Of a stretch of DNA of 64,000 bases, positions 24,380 through 37,807 are shown piece by piece; the stretch's first letter is position 1; each line of letters begins with the position of its first letter. The translations under genes were made by a program, and so were the position numbers. The notes under the pieces are model-generated. The model did no database searches and was not told the DNA's origin. It was given only the letters and a program-made list of their open reading frames with translations. The stretch is taken from NCBI RefSeq assembly GCF_016433145.1, contig NC_058130.1, positions 752,118,929 to 752,182,928 on the forward strand, read 5' to 3'. Source of the stretch: Gracilinanus agilis. Taxonomy: Eukaryota.

Positions 24380-24760
24380 TTATTTCCCTGTTGTTCCTGA
24401 TGGCACGACAATATTCTGTTACCTTTGGATACCATGATTTGTTTGGGCATGCCTCAGTTGTGGGGTAGTTTTTTCCCCAACCTTTTTCCTATCACAAATA
24501 GCGCTGCTCTGAATATTTTTGTCCACATGATTTTATGTGGCTGGATATACTGGGGGCATACATTCAGTACTGGGATTACTAGGTTAAAGGGTGGTAGGAA
24601 CAATTTTGTCAAAATCTCTTGCCTAATTCCAAACTGTTTTTCCAAATGGTTAGACCAAATCACAGCCCCACCAGCTGGGAATAATTGTGCCTTGTTTTCC
24701 CACAACCCTGCCAACAATGAAGTTTTCCTTCCATCTTCACTGATCTGGGCGTGAGGTGAT
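24380..24760 (-). mobile_element. LINE-1 ORF2 C-terminal remnant
   Basis: Minus translation GGAVIWSNHLEKQF...PPFNLVIPVLNVCPQ...WTKIFRAALFVIGKRL resembles L1 ORF2p C-terminus (PFDPAIPLLG...TKIFIAALFVVAKNW). Confidence 0.7.
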
Positions 24761-25572
24761 GAGGTGGTAGTCAATCCAAAAAAGCCTTTAAATTGAGGTG
24801 TTCCAAGAAGAAACCAATTACGGTATAATCCCTGGAAGTTCATAAATGATTATTGAAAATATTATTCTGAACTTAACACCAAAAAAAGGAGAAGGAACAT
24901 TTCCAAAAGAGCAAAGGCAGATGACTGTGTGAAACTATGATTCTAATAAATGATTGTTACATTCATTTTAGTTCTAGACTTAAACCCACTGCCCAACTCT
25001 GACTGGTCTCAGCAGAGGGGCCTGCGTGATCTACTGAGTAAAGTAACAGGTTATTGCTCTCTCATGGATGTTCTTCTCTACGTTTGTGCATTATAACATG
25101 CTCTAATGAGCCAAGCCACTAACTTTGCCTAAAATGGAATTATAAGGTAGACATCTCCCTTGTTGGATAAATAATCCAGCCGGAGGGAGAAGAACCGAAC
25201 ATGTAACATTTGGTTACATGAACACATTGGGTTCACGACCTAATCGGTATGGATTGAGTGTGCAGCTATACACAATCGTATACACACTTTTTTGGGAAGC
25301 CGAAAAGTTACTTGGTGAGTTGTTACTATCTTTGATCCTGCTCGTCCTTCATTAGCTAAAAGAGTAAGTAAATGGGCAAGTCACACAAGAGCTCTCAAAA
25401 TCTCTCCTTGTCTCTTTTCCTCTTACTCTCTTAAGTTGGCACGGAGATAACCAACAACTGCGGCCCAGAGACACCTCCCAGCCGATGATGAGGTGACATC
25501 AAATGCCTTCAAAACATGTGACCCCAAACTCCAGCTCAGAACAAATTGGGACTTAGGAATTTGTCCAAATCA

Positions 25573-25578
25573 TTTATT
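25573..25578 (-). terminator. MTRFR: Candidate MTRFR polyadenylation signal
   Basis: tttatt on + (AATAAA on -), about 115 nt downstream of the MTRFR stop. Confidence 0.45.
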
Positions 25579-25693
25579 GAAGCTGCTAGGAGTGTGCTGG
25601 CAGCGGCAGAAGCTATCACACTTCATGGCTGAGCACATGTGCGAGTCACCTCCAGCTCCTGTGCTAGTTCCTCTTGCCCTCCGACGGGGTCAC

Positions 25694-25930
25694 TCATCTC
25701 TGGACAGAGGGGGCCTTGGGACTCGATTCTGTTAACATTAACTCCTTTAGCAGTCTCTTTTTCTCCAGTGTTTCCTTTGCCTTTTTTTTCCTTTCTCTCT
25801 TCTTTCTCTCTGCCTCCTTTCTGACTTGGTGAATGTGGCTGTCTTCGCCTCTGTAGAAGAGATCCACTTTTCCTTGCAGAATCTCTCTCGCTAGCTTTCG
25901 ATTTTGGTCAACTGATCTCGTCTGATGGCA
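25694..25930 (-). CDS. MTRFR: MTRFR last coding exon (237 bp including stop); protein 172 aa in total
   Basis: Acceptor ttttccag|TGC; hand translation [78 protein letters not shown], matching the recalled basic C-terminal tail of C12orf65. Confidence 0.95.
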   Translation of the reverse strand, partial: CHQTRSVDQNRKLAREILQGKVDLFYRGEDSHIHQVRKEAERKKRERKKKAKETLEKKRLLKELMLTESSPKAPSVQR

Positions 25931-26847
25931 CTGGAAAACAATGGTATTTTGTTAAGCGCTTATGGAAGGGCAGATCACTGGGCTCGTTTTACAAAATGAG
26001 ATACTAAGGCCCTGCTTGCCAGCTTTCATTCTCTGCTGAGACGGGGCTCTCTTCAGCCCATCATCACACAATGTAATGCTGTTAGGGTTTCCCCAAGTCA
26101 CAAAGTGTATGATGGGCCAGTGCAGGAGCTGAGATTAGGCAGGGCCTCAGGATCTCCATCTGCCCTCCTAGCAGTTGCAGTTACTTTTCTAAGGAGTTTG
26201 GCCAGTGTGCACAATGCAGGTGGGAAAGCCAGAGCTGAACAAAGGGCCTCCCCATCCGCCCTGAGTTGGTTCTGGGCAGTTGGTGCTTCCTGGGCAGCAG
26301 CCAAGCACAAGGGATGTGGGCTGGGTTTAATGGTGAAGGGCCTCTGTTGTTCTTTGGGGATCACTGGGCCCGGCAGCCCCTCACATGGGATGGGTTGCAG
26401 CGCCATCTAGTGGCACACAGGGAACAAGCCACAAAACGGGGAGCACAGCCTGCGTCTGCAGCCAAGAAATGGCTTCCCTGAAGGAGCAGCCCAGCCCATC
26501 TAAAGCATGCTTTAAAGCACAAAAACTCGGATAGCTTCTCTACAGCCCCGTGTGAACAGCCACAACTATATCTCATTTGACAGCCTTACAAGCCATTTTA
26601 AGAATCAAGACTAAGTATTAGTTCAGCAGGGTGACATGACTTACTGAGTCACTCAGCCAAAAAGTATCTGAGGCAAATTTGAACCCAGCACCTCTCATCT
26701 CTAGGTCCAGCTCTATCCACTAAGCCGCCAAGCTCCCCCTACAAGCTACTCTTTAGGGCACACTTTGGCAAACCAAGGTGAGGTTGGTGGGTGCCGGGGT
26801 AAGGAGGGAGTAATCTCATCTGGGGCAGTCCTTTCCCCTTCCCTCAC

Positions 26848-27129
26848 CTTGACCACGATGCCAGACGGGATGTGTTTCAGCACCACGCAGTTGTTCGTTT
26901 TGTTGGTGGCTTGGCCACCCGGACCGTGCCCTTTCACAAACTGCTCTTCTAAGTCCGTTTCATTCAGAGGAAGGAGGTTGCGGGAGTCCGTCTTGCCTGT
27001 CACCTGGGGCCCACACGTCCCCATCCTGGGAAGTAAGAAGACAGGCTTCTTCCACAGCCAGAGCCCCCATAGCCCTCTGCTAAATCTGCTCAGTGAGGCT
27101 GGAAGATAGGTGGAGCCCAAAGTGTTCAT
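26848..27129 (-). CDS. MTRFR: MTRFR (C12orf65) first coding exon, 282 bp of CDS, containing the GGQ motif
   Basis: [28 protein letters not shown]...[42 protein letters not shown] matches recalled C12orf65. Acceptor ctcttacag| just 5' of the ATG (exon starts 27137); donor AAG|gtgagg; GGQ codons at 26911-26919. Confidence 0.96.
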
Positions 27130-27344
27130 GAAGGAATCTGTAAGAGACCAGAGAACAGGGCCACACTTTGACAAGATTCACTTTGCAGGGAACAAAACCC
27201 CTAGCTACAGAGATCTTGGGTTCACAGTAGAGGGTATTCTGAACTTATAAACAGATGACATTTCTCTCTCTTTAAAAAAAATGTATTAGAAATTTAACAG
27301 GAATTTAGTGGCTAGCATTTATGTAGGACTTTTAAGACATGGCA

Positions 27345-27580
27345 AAGGTGGAACAGTGAATAGAGCACCGGACCTTGAGTCAGGAAGACTCACCTTTCTA
27401 AGTTAAAATCCAGCCTCAGACATTTCCTAGCCGTGTGACCTTGGGCAAGTCATTTAATCATGTTTCAGTTTCTCATGTGTAAAATGAGCTGGAGAAGGAA
27501 ATAGCAAACCATTCTAAGACTTTAACAAGAAAACCCTAAATGGGAAAACAAAGAGCTGGATGTGACTTGAACAAGCACTT
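27345..27580 (+). mobile_element. MAR1-type core-SINE
   Basis: Head, core and gagctggagaaggaaatagcaaacc tail. Confidence 0.7.
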
Positions 27581-29515
27581 ACGTAGGACTTCTAAAATGT
27601 ACAAAATATTGCATGGGCTATCTTATTTGATTGTCACAACAATAGTTTGAAGTGGGGACTGCCATCTCCATTTTATAGGTAAGGAAGCTGAGGTTGACAG
27701 GTTACCACAAAGTAAGTGATTGAGGCATGATCTGTTCTCAGTTTTTCATGACTCCAAGTCTGGCAAGATACCCACACTCTGCAACCAAGCATACACCATC
27801 AACACAAACAAATATACTTGCTTAATAAAGATATTTACATTTCTTTTTGAACGTTTGTTTGGAAATCTGTTATTTTTACTTCAGCTTCATTTTCAAATAT
27901 TTCCTTCCCCTTCTCAGAGAGCTGCTGCTTATCACAAAGAACAAGGTAAAAGGGGGCAGGGAGCAGTTTGGCAAAATCAGCTCATCAACTGAGTCTGACA
28001 GTAAGTATATACACAATTCTATATCTGATCTTCCCAAACAGGTGACATCTCTAACGTATTTTAAGGTCTACAAAGTATATTTTATATTCACATCACAACA
28101 ACCTTGAAAGCTAGAGACTATGGGGACTATTATTCCCATTTTACAGGTGAGGAAACGAAGGCAGAGAGAAGTTCTAAGTGCCTTTTCTGTGGTCATACCT
28201 CCAGTAAAGTCCTGGTCCAAGGTCCGAGGTCAGGTGGACTTTCTCTCAGACCACCTGGATTTCCTAACTGCAGGTCATAGACCATTTGGTTTAACAATTT
28301 TATTTTTGAATAAGAATCATTTTAGTGATCAGGTTAGTAATGAAGGGACTTGATCAGAGATGTCAAGGGATGTCCCAAGCCTGCTCTTAAGCTATAACCC
28401 TGCCTCCTGCAAAAAATGAAAACCTGAGATGAGGATTTCCCTAGCAAAGAACCAACACTCCCTCAAGGACTTGGGGATTTAAAAAAAATCAGATTAGATT
28501 GTGAACTTGGTGGGGACAGGGTCTGTGCTAACCCTGGTGCTTCCATAATAAGGACTTTATTGCTCGTTGACTCAAAACAGGGTCAAGTCTAAAACACCAA
28601 ACAAACAGAGCAGCAGATTTTTAGAGAATAAAAATGCAACCTTTTATACCAGACATGCAAATATCCCATAAACTCTATGTGCTCTCGAAGTGTGGGAAGC
28701 CACACTGAAACCTTGGCAAGCTCCAAGGCTAGAAGATTGCTTAAATTGAGAGGAGGCAGCTATGGTCTACTCTGTAGCTAATATCTTTATCAAGTCATAA
28801 CAGTCACCTAACTGTTACTTTTTAATCTTGCTGGTATCACAAGGTGGAATGTCATATATCTTTTCCCTCTAAAAACCTTGTAGGATGAGGCTATTTTAGG
28901 GATATTAAATCATAAATATTTTCTAAATAGCCATTATGTGCAAAGACACACACACGGGGCTTGTACTGCTTAGCAAAGACACAGCTTGTCTGTGTTCTCA
29001 CAGAGCTTACGGGCTTTTTGGGGCGATTATACAAACACTCACTAAAGAGATACATGCACTAAAAACGTAATTATATAGAATTACATTTCTATTTACACAT
29101 GCACACATACATATGTACAATACAATTATCTTTTAAATAAGCAAGAAGTTTTACTTCTCTCTGAGGAGGGGAACTCATGGACGATCCTTATGTCCCACTG
29201 TTCCCACTTCTGGTCCAGGCCTTGCAGCCCAAGGGAAACAGTTACTGTAGAGAAAGGGCCTACTTTCCTTGCTACCACTAACACCAGCTGCTAACCATGG
29301 GTCACTAATAAGTAGCTAGTTAGATCCATGGGCCTTGGGAATAGCAGGATCCCCCAGCCCAATGGTCTGCTTCCAGCCTCATCACTGGCATTAAAGATGT
29401 ATTACTGTCCGTTTTGCCCTCTGTTCCCTAAAGACCAAAGGACCTTTTCCATCTGACTTGCAGCAAAAACCTCTTCTGTTAGAATGTGAACTCCTTGAAA
29501 GGGGCTGTCTTGCTT

Positions 29516-29690
29516 TTTTTTCTTTTTAAAGCCTTACCTTCTATTTAGAATCAATACTGAGTATCAATTCCAAGGCAGAAGAGTGGTAAGGCCTAGGCGA
29601 CTGAGATTAAGTGACTTACCCAGAGTCACACAACTAGGAAGTGTCTGAAGTCAGATTTGAACCTAGGAGCTCCCAGGTCCAACTTACCCT
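29516..29690 (-). mobile_element. SINE1_Mdo-like SINE (5' truncated)
   Basis: ccttaccttctatttagaatcaatactga...gtgtctgaagtcagatttgaacctagg. Confidence 0.8.
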
Positions 29691-30384
29691 CTTTTCCTTC
29701 TTTTACTCATTCATCTTTGTTTTTATATCATCTTTATTCCCAAATATATGCCAGCCACTCCAATGAATCATTCTTTGTAATAACAAATTTAAGAGGGAAA
29801 AAATCCATACATTAGCCAAGTCTGACAGTATTTGCAGTATTCTAATCAGTTTGTACACCCATAAGATTGTAAGCTTCTTGAGGGCAGGGACTATCTTTTG
29901 CCTCTTTATCTCTGGCACTCAGTGCAGTCACTGGCACACAGTAGGTGCTTAATGTTTATTGATTGATTGTCTCTACCTTTACAAAGAAGGTAGGTGGTTT
30001 CTCTTGTCTTATTTGGAACCAAATTTGGTTATTATAATTGTAGAATTCAGGGCCTGTTTGTTTTTTGTACTTCCCCCTTACAACGACTGATGATTTAACT
30101 GGCAACAGAAGAGCTGCCAGGCTACTGTCTGGTCAGTGACTTAGGATGGAGAAGATGGAACTAGCAATAGTCTGAGGTTTGTACCTATCCCAAGCTCACC
30201 AGAGGTACAGAATAGTAAAAAGATTAAGCTTTTTCCATTCTATTTAAGTCTTTCCTTATGATCTCCTTTTATCAGATGGTGGACCTCCACAAAGTCTCCC
30301 CTTAATTCCTCCTTATGGGAAAGAGGTAATTGTTCTCAAGAACTGTGCCAGTTAGTTGACCAGCATTTTGTTAAATGGGTACTA

Positions 30385-30610
30385 GGTGGCAAAATGGATA
30401 GACTGCTGGGCCTGGAGTCAGGAAGACTTCAGTTCAAATCTGGTATCAGACACTAGCTTGGTGACCCTGGGAAGTTACTTCTCCCTGTTTGCCTCAGTTT
30501 CCTCATCTATAAAAAATGAGCTGGAGAAGGAAAAAGCAAGTCACTCCAGGATCTTTGTCAAGAAAACCCTAAAAGGGGTCACAGAGTCAGACATAGCTTA
30601 AAATGACTAA
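30385..30610 (+). mobile_element. MAR1-type core-SINE
   Basis: ggagtcaggaagacttcagttcaaatctgg...gagctggagaaggaaaaagcaagtcactccaggatctttg...ggggtcacagagtcagac. Confidence 0.75.
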
Positions 30611-33600
30611 ACCATAAGGTGCAAGGCATGGTGTTAATACAAGGAAAAGGAAAAGTCTCTGTTTGCCAATAACCATGTACAAATATGATACACACAGGAT
30701 TCACTGGGTGTAGTCTCAAGGGATTTGTCTGAGGAAGAGCCAGGAGGGAGGCCAGCATCACTGGGCTGGAGAGAGCAAGGAGTAAGAAGCCTGGAAGGGT
30801 AGGAAAGGGTCTCTGAACACTAAACTGAGCATACTGTATTTAATCTTTGTGGTGATAGGTGGCTGTTGGAGTTTACTGAGAGAGATGGCAGGAGGGTCAG
30901 ACTTGTACTTAAAGATGAATTAGAGTGGGCAAAGACTATTGTGGTAATCTGCTGGTGGGTCTCCCTACCATAAATCTCTCCCATGTAGTTTATCCAAATG
31001 ATTTTCCTAAAACATCGCTGTGACCACATCACTTCCTCGTCTATAAACTTCCTCTCCCCTCTGGAATCAAAAAGAAAATCCCCTTTGGCATTCAATGCTC
31101 TTCATATCTTGCCCACCCCACTTTCCAAGGCTTGCTCATGATCCAGTGGAACTTGCCTTCTTGCTTCTCCTTTTGCCAGACCTTCCATCTACAGTTCTAA
31201 TTCTGCGGCTTTCCACCAGTCTGGAAGGGTTCGCCCTCCTGACCCCCATCTCCTGAGTTGCTTCAAGGATCAACTTAAACCTCTCTCTGTGAGAGGTCTT
31301 TCTTCCTCCTCTTCCTCCCAGTATCTTGCTCCTTGCCTTTCCTCTGGCATTATCTCCCATTTACACTCTTTAGATCTTTCATGGATGCAATTTGTTTGCA
31401 TGTTGCATCCCGTATGAGAATGTGAGCTCCTTGAGGGACAGGGGCTGGGCTGTGGGCTCTTGCATTTCCACTGTTTTGTGTAGTGCCTGGCACATAGTTT
31501 GGTGATTGATTGAACTTGAAAAAAAATACACATAGAGATCCATTTTGAAATTCTTTAAAAATATATTTCATTAACTCATTCTTCAGTATGAAAACATAAA
31601 AGGCAATTATTTTTAATAGCAAATATATCTTGATTGTGTTTATTGCTTTGGACTAATTGCTCTGAAGACATCAATAAATGCTCGATGAATGACTGAACAA
31701 TGATTTGCAGTTGAGTATGTATGGCTCTCATATGCCAAAGTGAGGAATACGAGATGGATAAGTTCTTATAGCATTAAAAGATCTAAAGGAAGGCCTCTGG
31801 TGCATTGAGCCAATTCTCTGGAATGGTCAATCAACAAACATTTATTAAGGACCTACTATGTGCTAGGCTATGTGCTAAGGGCTGGGATTTGCAGAAAGCC
31901 ATGGATAAGAATTGCAACCAAGAAAGTACATTCGGATCTGAACCAGTGGTAGGAGTACCTACCCAACAAAAGCATACCAATACTTTTAAGTTTTGAGATA
32001 TATTTAACTCATTTCTCATTATGAAAACACACAAGGCAATTATTTTAATAACAAATACATTTGATTAAACTTATTACTATATATTAGACTATCTGCTCTG
32101 AAGACATCAGCCAATTGGAAGGCATCGGACAATCACAAATGTAACCAATTGCTTGTCAGATGCCATCTGGACTGATGCCCTGGGGTTCTCAGTTGAACTA
32201 CCACATCTACATTTTATAAATGGCTTCCTTTCGAACCTGAAATTTCCATTCTGTTCTGGTTTATGCCAACTGGTCTTAAACCCAGACTGAGGATGACTTT
32301 AACTCATGAAGCTAACGTCCCAGCTATTTATTGTTCCTCCAAACAAAATGGATTGTTTTTGGATCCTTGAGCAGTTCCAGCCTTTAGAATCTTAGTTTAG
32401 TCCTGAAAGGCAGCACTCACTGAAACCTTATCTCCTTTGTTTCCAGCACAGGGAAGGAAGGAAAAAAAAGAAACACTGAAGGGATGTTTTTGTTTCCTAG
32501 ATAAATATACAAATTTTAAGGTTTTCTAAACAGGTGCTCATTTAAAATCTTCTAATGTCATGTTTTGAATTAGGATAGTACTTCTGTTTTCACTCTTCAC
32601 TAAACAAACATAATTGAAAATGCTCTAAAGAACTTTTCAAGTATCATATCAGCATTGTACTAAAAAAAGTCTTCCCTTATCTTGTGACAAGGAAGTGATC
32701 CTGGCTTCTCAGAGAGGCAGCAGCATAGTAGATTGGACAGAATGCTGGTTTTAGGACTCTGGAAGCATTAGCTTTCCTCTGAAAGAAACTTAGTTATGCA
32801 TCCATGACAAGTCACTTAACCTGAATCTCTTATTTCCTTGCCTGTAAAATGGGAATGATGGACATCGAACCTATGTTTCACAGGAATTGTTGTGAAGCTA
32901 AAATGAGATAGCTGCAAAGCATTTTGCAAACTCTCAAGTGTTATGGAAATGTCAGTTACAATGATGAAGGTGCTATGCCAGCAGGGCCCAAGCTCTGATA
33001 GGCCCTACCAAATTGCAGGGTACCAAGGACAGGCCTGATAATAAGTGCTGGCTATCATCAAAGGCTCAACCAACCTACCAAATTTCAACTTATCATCAGA
33101 TTGGCTACAAAATAGTAATTTTTTTTGGCCAAAGCAATGAAAACCACCAACCAAGTTATGGAAGGGTTGCATCTCCATGGATGGAATGAGTTCTTGAAAT
33201 GATATAATCATGAATATATTAAGTATTTTAAGTGCCAGTGCTACTATTGAATAGAAAAGGAGGTGGGCTAGCTGATGACAGCTTGATAGCCCAGAGATAT
33301 CCAGTAAACAGTAAAGGATGGAGAGGAAAAGTTTCAGCATGTTTGGTTGGTTTTTGGTGGGGTGCTAATGGAAAGTCTTAGATATTAATCACATAGCATA
33401 CGAAGATGAGGCTGGGTTGCAACGTGCACTGGGGAGTATGTCCCCACATTGATTAAATAAAGAATCCAAAGCACAATGCTAAGATTTTATGTGGCTATTA
33501 TAATGGTCTGAACTGGTTTATTTTTAGTTGGGATACTAGTTAGGGTGTTTGAGGAAGTAATTGCATGCCTCTGAAAAAGTCCTTTGAGGCAAAGTATATT

Positions 33601-35057
33601 CCCACTACAGCCGAAGGAAAATGAAGATGACTCACCAGACTGAAAGCTAAATGAAAACCTGATGTCATGATTCTCTGGATCAAGTAGTCAGTGAGGTATT
33701 GTGGGTAGTACTAGTATTGCCATTTTCTAATTTTCACAAGAAAGACCAGTATCCACTATAAAAACCACATAAAGATGTGGATTAGATTTGTTTCTTATGT
33801 TAGAAGAATGCTGGATCCCACTCCCCGACCCCCCAGCTTATTTTGTACTGTCTTCTCCAAATAGTCCTCGTGTAACAAGGTTTCTTTGTGAAAACTGCTT
33901 GTCTCTGATTGAGGATGGATCTGGAACACAGGACTATTGATTTTTATGCAGCTTCTCTTCCGTTCCCCTTAGCAAATCTGAGCAGGCAAGACAGTGAACA
34001 GTCTAGGGCATTAACAAAGAGGGGAAACAACTCTGAAATAAAGCTGTGAAAGTGCCAGACAAAGGAGGGAGCTGAGAGGGCTTTATCAGCTGCTCATTAG
34101 ACTAACCCACTGTGTTTCTTCTTCAAACCTCCACCTTTTTGTCCTGGATCAGTGCTTTCAGATGCCCTGGAAAGACATCCGCCCAACTGGAGTTCAGGAA
34201 GGTCCCCAGTGTTCACTGACTGGTTGCTCTGTTTGGCAGCTAATTCTAGCAGCCAATCAGATTCTTCTAGACACTCCCAGTATCTTCTGGCCAGACTCCA
34301 AAGGCTGCTAAAAAATGACCAACCCGCCCATGGTTCCACTTCCCCAAGCCTAAAGAAGAATCCTGATTGGATCTTGGCTTTTGTGACACTCACAGAGGGA
34401 GCCCAGAGTCTTTAGGGAACAATAAAAACAGCTCAAATTTTGCTCTGAGTGACATTTAAAAGGGGAAAAAGAAGGAAAAGTTAAAAAGCAGCTCCAGTAA
34501 GAGGAAACCAACATCTATGGTAGCTCTGACCCACTTCCTACCTTCTGTGTGGGAAGAAAGCTTTAGTAGAGAGCTGGCTCTTTACCTGGATTTTCTCTGC
34601 CCTGCTTCTCCCTGCCTCCCCCCAATTCCATGAACACTTCTGCAGAAAACAGCTGAATTCAGCTTAGGTTAGGGGCCTCTCATATTTGGTAATCTTTTTT
34701 TAGAAAGTCTGGCAGAATTTGTCACTTTTTGCCTTGCCTTCTGGATCTATGGATAAAGAATGTTAGTTTCATTTCTCATGTTTACAAGCTGAAACGATCC
34801 ATTTAGTAAACTTATCTGCAAGGCTGCTTGGGAAAAATGAAAACAGGTCCTCAGTATGATATTATTCACTAGAAAACTGTTATTTGTTAGGAGAGAACCT
34901 ACCTTGAACCCCAACCAAGGATTCAAATGATGTCTGTAGCTTAGAACTGGGGTACTTGGCTAGACCACGCATCTGAACTGGCAACAGCAAGGCCTGTCCT
35001 TGGGTTAGGGACACAGGTAAGCAGGGAGGTGGTGTCATCATCCATTTAATTTTGGTG

Positions 35058-35265
35058 GTGTTTTTTTTTTTTAAACACTTACCTTCTGCCTTAGAATCAA
35101 TACTGTGTATTGGCTCCAAGGCAGAAGAGTGGTAAGGGCTAGGCAATGGGGGTTAAGTGACTTGCCCAGGGTCACACAGCTGGGAAGTGTCTGAGGCCAC
35201 ATTTGAACCCAGGACCTCCTGTCTCTAGGCCTGGCTCTCAATCCACTGAGCCACCCAACTGCCCC
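35058..35265 (-). mobile_element. SINE1_Mdo-like SINE
   Basis: Full-length reverse consensus with poly-T. Confidence 0.9.
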
Positions 35266-36233
35266 TAATTTTGGTGTTTTTGAAAGAGAGAAAGCTACAC
35301 AAGGTTGGAGTCTCCCTTTTCTCACTAGAGGCTGTCCCAAACATCTCTCTTGTAGCATTTAAAGCTCTTTGCAGGCTTGCCCCAACCTATTTTTCTAGCC
35401 TCCTTAGACACTGCTGCCATTCAGGGAGTCTTCTATCTAGCCTTCCTTTAACAACTCCATCTCCTGGTTGCCATGCTTGAAAATTCACTCCTCACCTGGC
35501 TTTCACAACCCCTCTTTCTCTTCAAAGCTTAGTTTAAGCACTGTCTCCTATCTACCCAGGCACTAGGGCCTTATTCCTTGTATTTATTTTGCAATGCTGC
35601 CTAATGGAAAGAGAGCTGACCTCAAAGACCTAATCAAATTTTTCCTCTGATACACCCTGGCTGTGGAACTCTTAACCTCTTAGTCCTGCATCTCCGTAAC
35701 TGTCAGTTGCTTCAGAATCAATACTATGTATTGGTTCCAAGGCAGAAGAGTGGTTTGGGCAGGAGAACCCAGTAGCTGGGTTGGGTATGAGTTGTTTGCT
35801 CATGTTTAATAAAAACAGCAGCTGAACTATGGATTATTTCTTAGAATGAATATCAGAAAGCTCTGCCATTGGCTGCAGCAGAAAGATTTCCCTTTTTTAA
35901 CAAACAAAAAACCCTTACTTTCTGTCTTAGCAAGGACTCTAAGTCAAAAGGGCAAGAGTTAGACAAACACACTTAAGTGATTTGTCCAGGATCACACAGC
36001 TAGCAAGTATCTGAGGCCAGATTTGCACCTGGGTCCTCCTCCAGGCCTAGCATTCTATTCACTGAGCAATGTGTGCCCTGAAAGATCTGCTTTTTTAAAG
36101 ATGTTCAGTTTTTTATGGTAAATTGTTACTGAAGGGATAGGGAGTAGACCTGGTATTTCACTGGTTAAATAAACTCCTTCTACCAATGCTAAGTCTGCAA
36201 TACCTCTATTTCTAGTTCTGAGAATTATATAGA

Positions 36234-36450
36234 ACAGGGTGTCAAACTCAAACAGAAACAATTGGGGGCCATTAAACTATATAAAGATCCTTGAAGGGGT
36301 ATACTGATTTCAAAAACTATGTATTAACATTATTTATATTTTCTGTGTTTTTATTTATTTTGTTAAATATTTTCCAACTTCATTTGAAATTGGTTCCAGC
36401 CTTAGAGGGTTGTGGGCTGCATGCCTCTAGGTTGTGTGTGTCTCTGACAG
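36234..36450. mobile_element. Probable hAT-type MITE related to 58186
   Basis: Starts cagggtgtcaaactc and shares the tattttgttaaatattt internal motif in the opposite orientation; right end degenerate. Confidence 0.5.
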
Positions 36451-37807
36451 CTCTGAGGTAGAATGAGGGAAGAAGGGATTTGCTCTGAGTATGAGAGAGG
36501 TGGAACCTGTTCTATTGGCTTTGAGGCTGGTTCTATACCCACTAAGCCATGCTGCTTTTTATGCTCCAAAAAGTTAAAAAAAGAAAAAAATTCAATAAAT
36601 TAATAAAGAGGAACTCATCAGGCAAGGCAGTATTGCAGTATTAAGAGGAAATAAAGTGACCAGCTGATGGCACCAACAGCCAAGTGATGAGAGAGAGACT
36701 TGATTTTCAGGAAAATGTTTAGCACTTCACATTTAGAGATCCACTTCATCACTTCCTACAAAGCTATACTGAAAATAACCATCTTGGTTCTTCCAAATCA
36801 AGGCAACCCCATAAAAGAGCAGTCATGGTATAGAGATTGCATCTGTAGCTTCCTTATATCTAAGGCCCATCAGTTTCAATGCACATGATTTTGAATTCTA
36901 GCCTATAAAAATAAAGCATTTCCCCCCCCAGAACTCAAAGTATTTGTAGAGGATTTTTGTTCCAAACAGGAAAAGCACAAAGGCCTAATCAGGAAATATG
37001 GAAGCTATTTTTTAATTTAACTGGATAAGAGGAAATAGGACTATTGTGGCTCTGCCCTAAACATTTCAGGCTTTTAACTTTGGTCTTCTGAAGTAGAAGG
37101 CAAAAAAGAACAATTTTTACAGAGTTTTAGCAATATTCTCCTCCTCTCCCTTCCAGAAAACATTCTGCTTTTAAGATCTAGATAGAAAGTGTGGATCTTT
37201 TTGAATTCCAAAGAAAGTGCTATAGTGATCTTGTCCTATTTAAAGCATCTAACAGTAGCCTTGTGACATATTTACTTAAGAATAAGTACAGAATCAACTA
37301 AAGGTCACTTCAAAACATGATACTATTTCAAACATCTTAGAAATACTAAAAAAAACACTTTATATTTCTCACACCATCTTTTTTTCTAAAGATCTCAAAG
37401 TATTTTTTACATCAGTTATCTCATTTCCTCTTGTAAATACAGGAACTGAGAGGCAGTTACATCATTTAGAATGGCTCTGGATATTCCATTTTTTATAACT
37501 AAATTCATCCTTCCTGAAGGACCTATAGCTAGCTAGTATTTAAATTCTAGCATAACTCAACATTTATTTAATGACTTCTTAGTGGCTAAATATGGTAGTT
37601 TTTTCTCAATCCTCTTCTTTCTTGACCTCCCTGCAGCTTTTGATGCTACTGATCACCTTTTTCTCTCTAAATTTTAGTGATGGTGGCTGGCTCTCTCTTG
37701 GTTATTTCCTACCTGTCTGACTGTTCCTTTTTAATCTCCTTCGCTGAATCTTCATCCAGACCCACCCAAGACTATTCTGGTCTCTCTTCCCTTCTCTCTC
37801 TCTATAC

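Noticed and set aside
27130-27174. Upstream ATG extending MTRFR ([15 protein letters not shown])
   Set aside because: It lies across the splice acceptor (27138-27140), so it is intronic; the homologous start is the Met at 27129.
33005-33340. 111-aa hydrophobic minus-strand ORF
   Set aside because: Starts at a non-ATG codon, has no recognisable family or splice context, and its composition is typical of T-rich intron; kept only as part of the region to BLAST.
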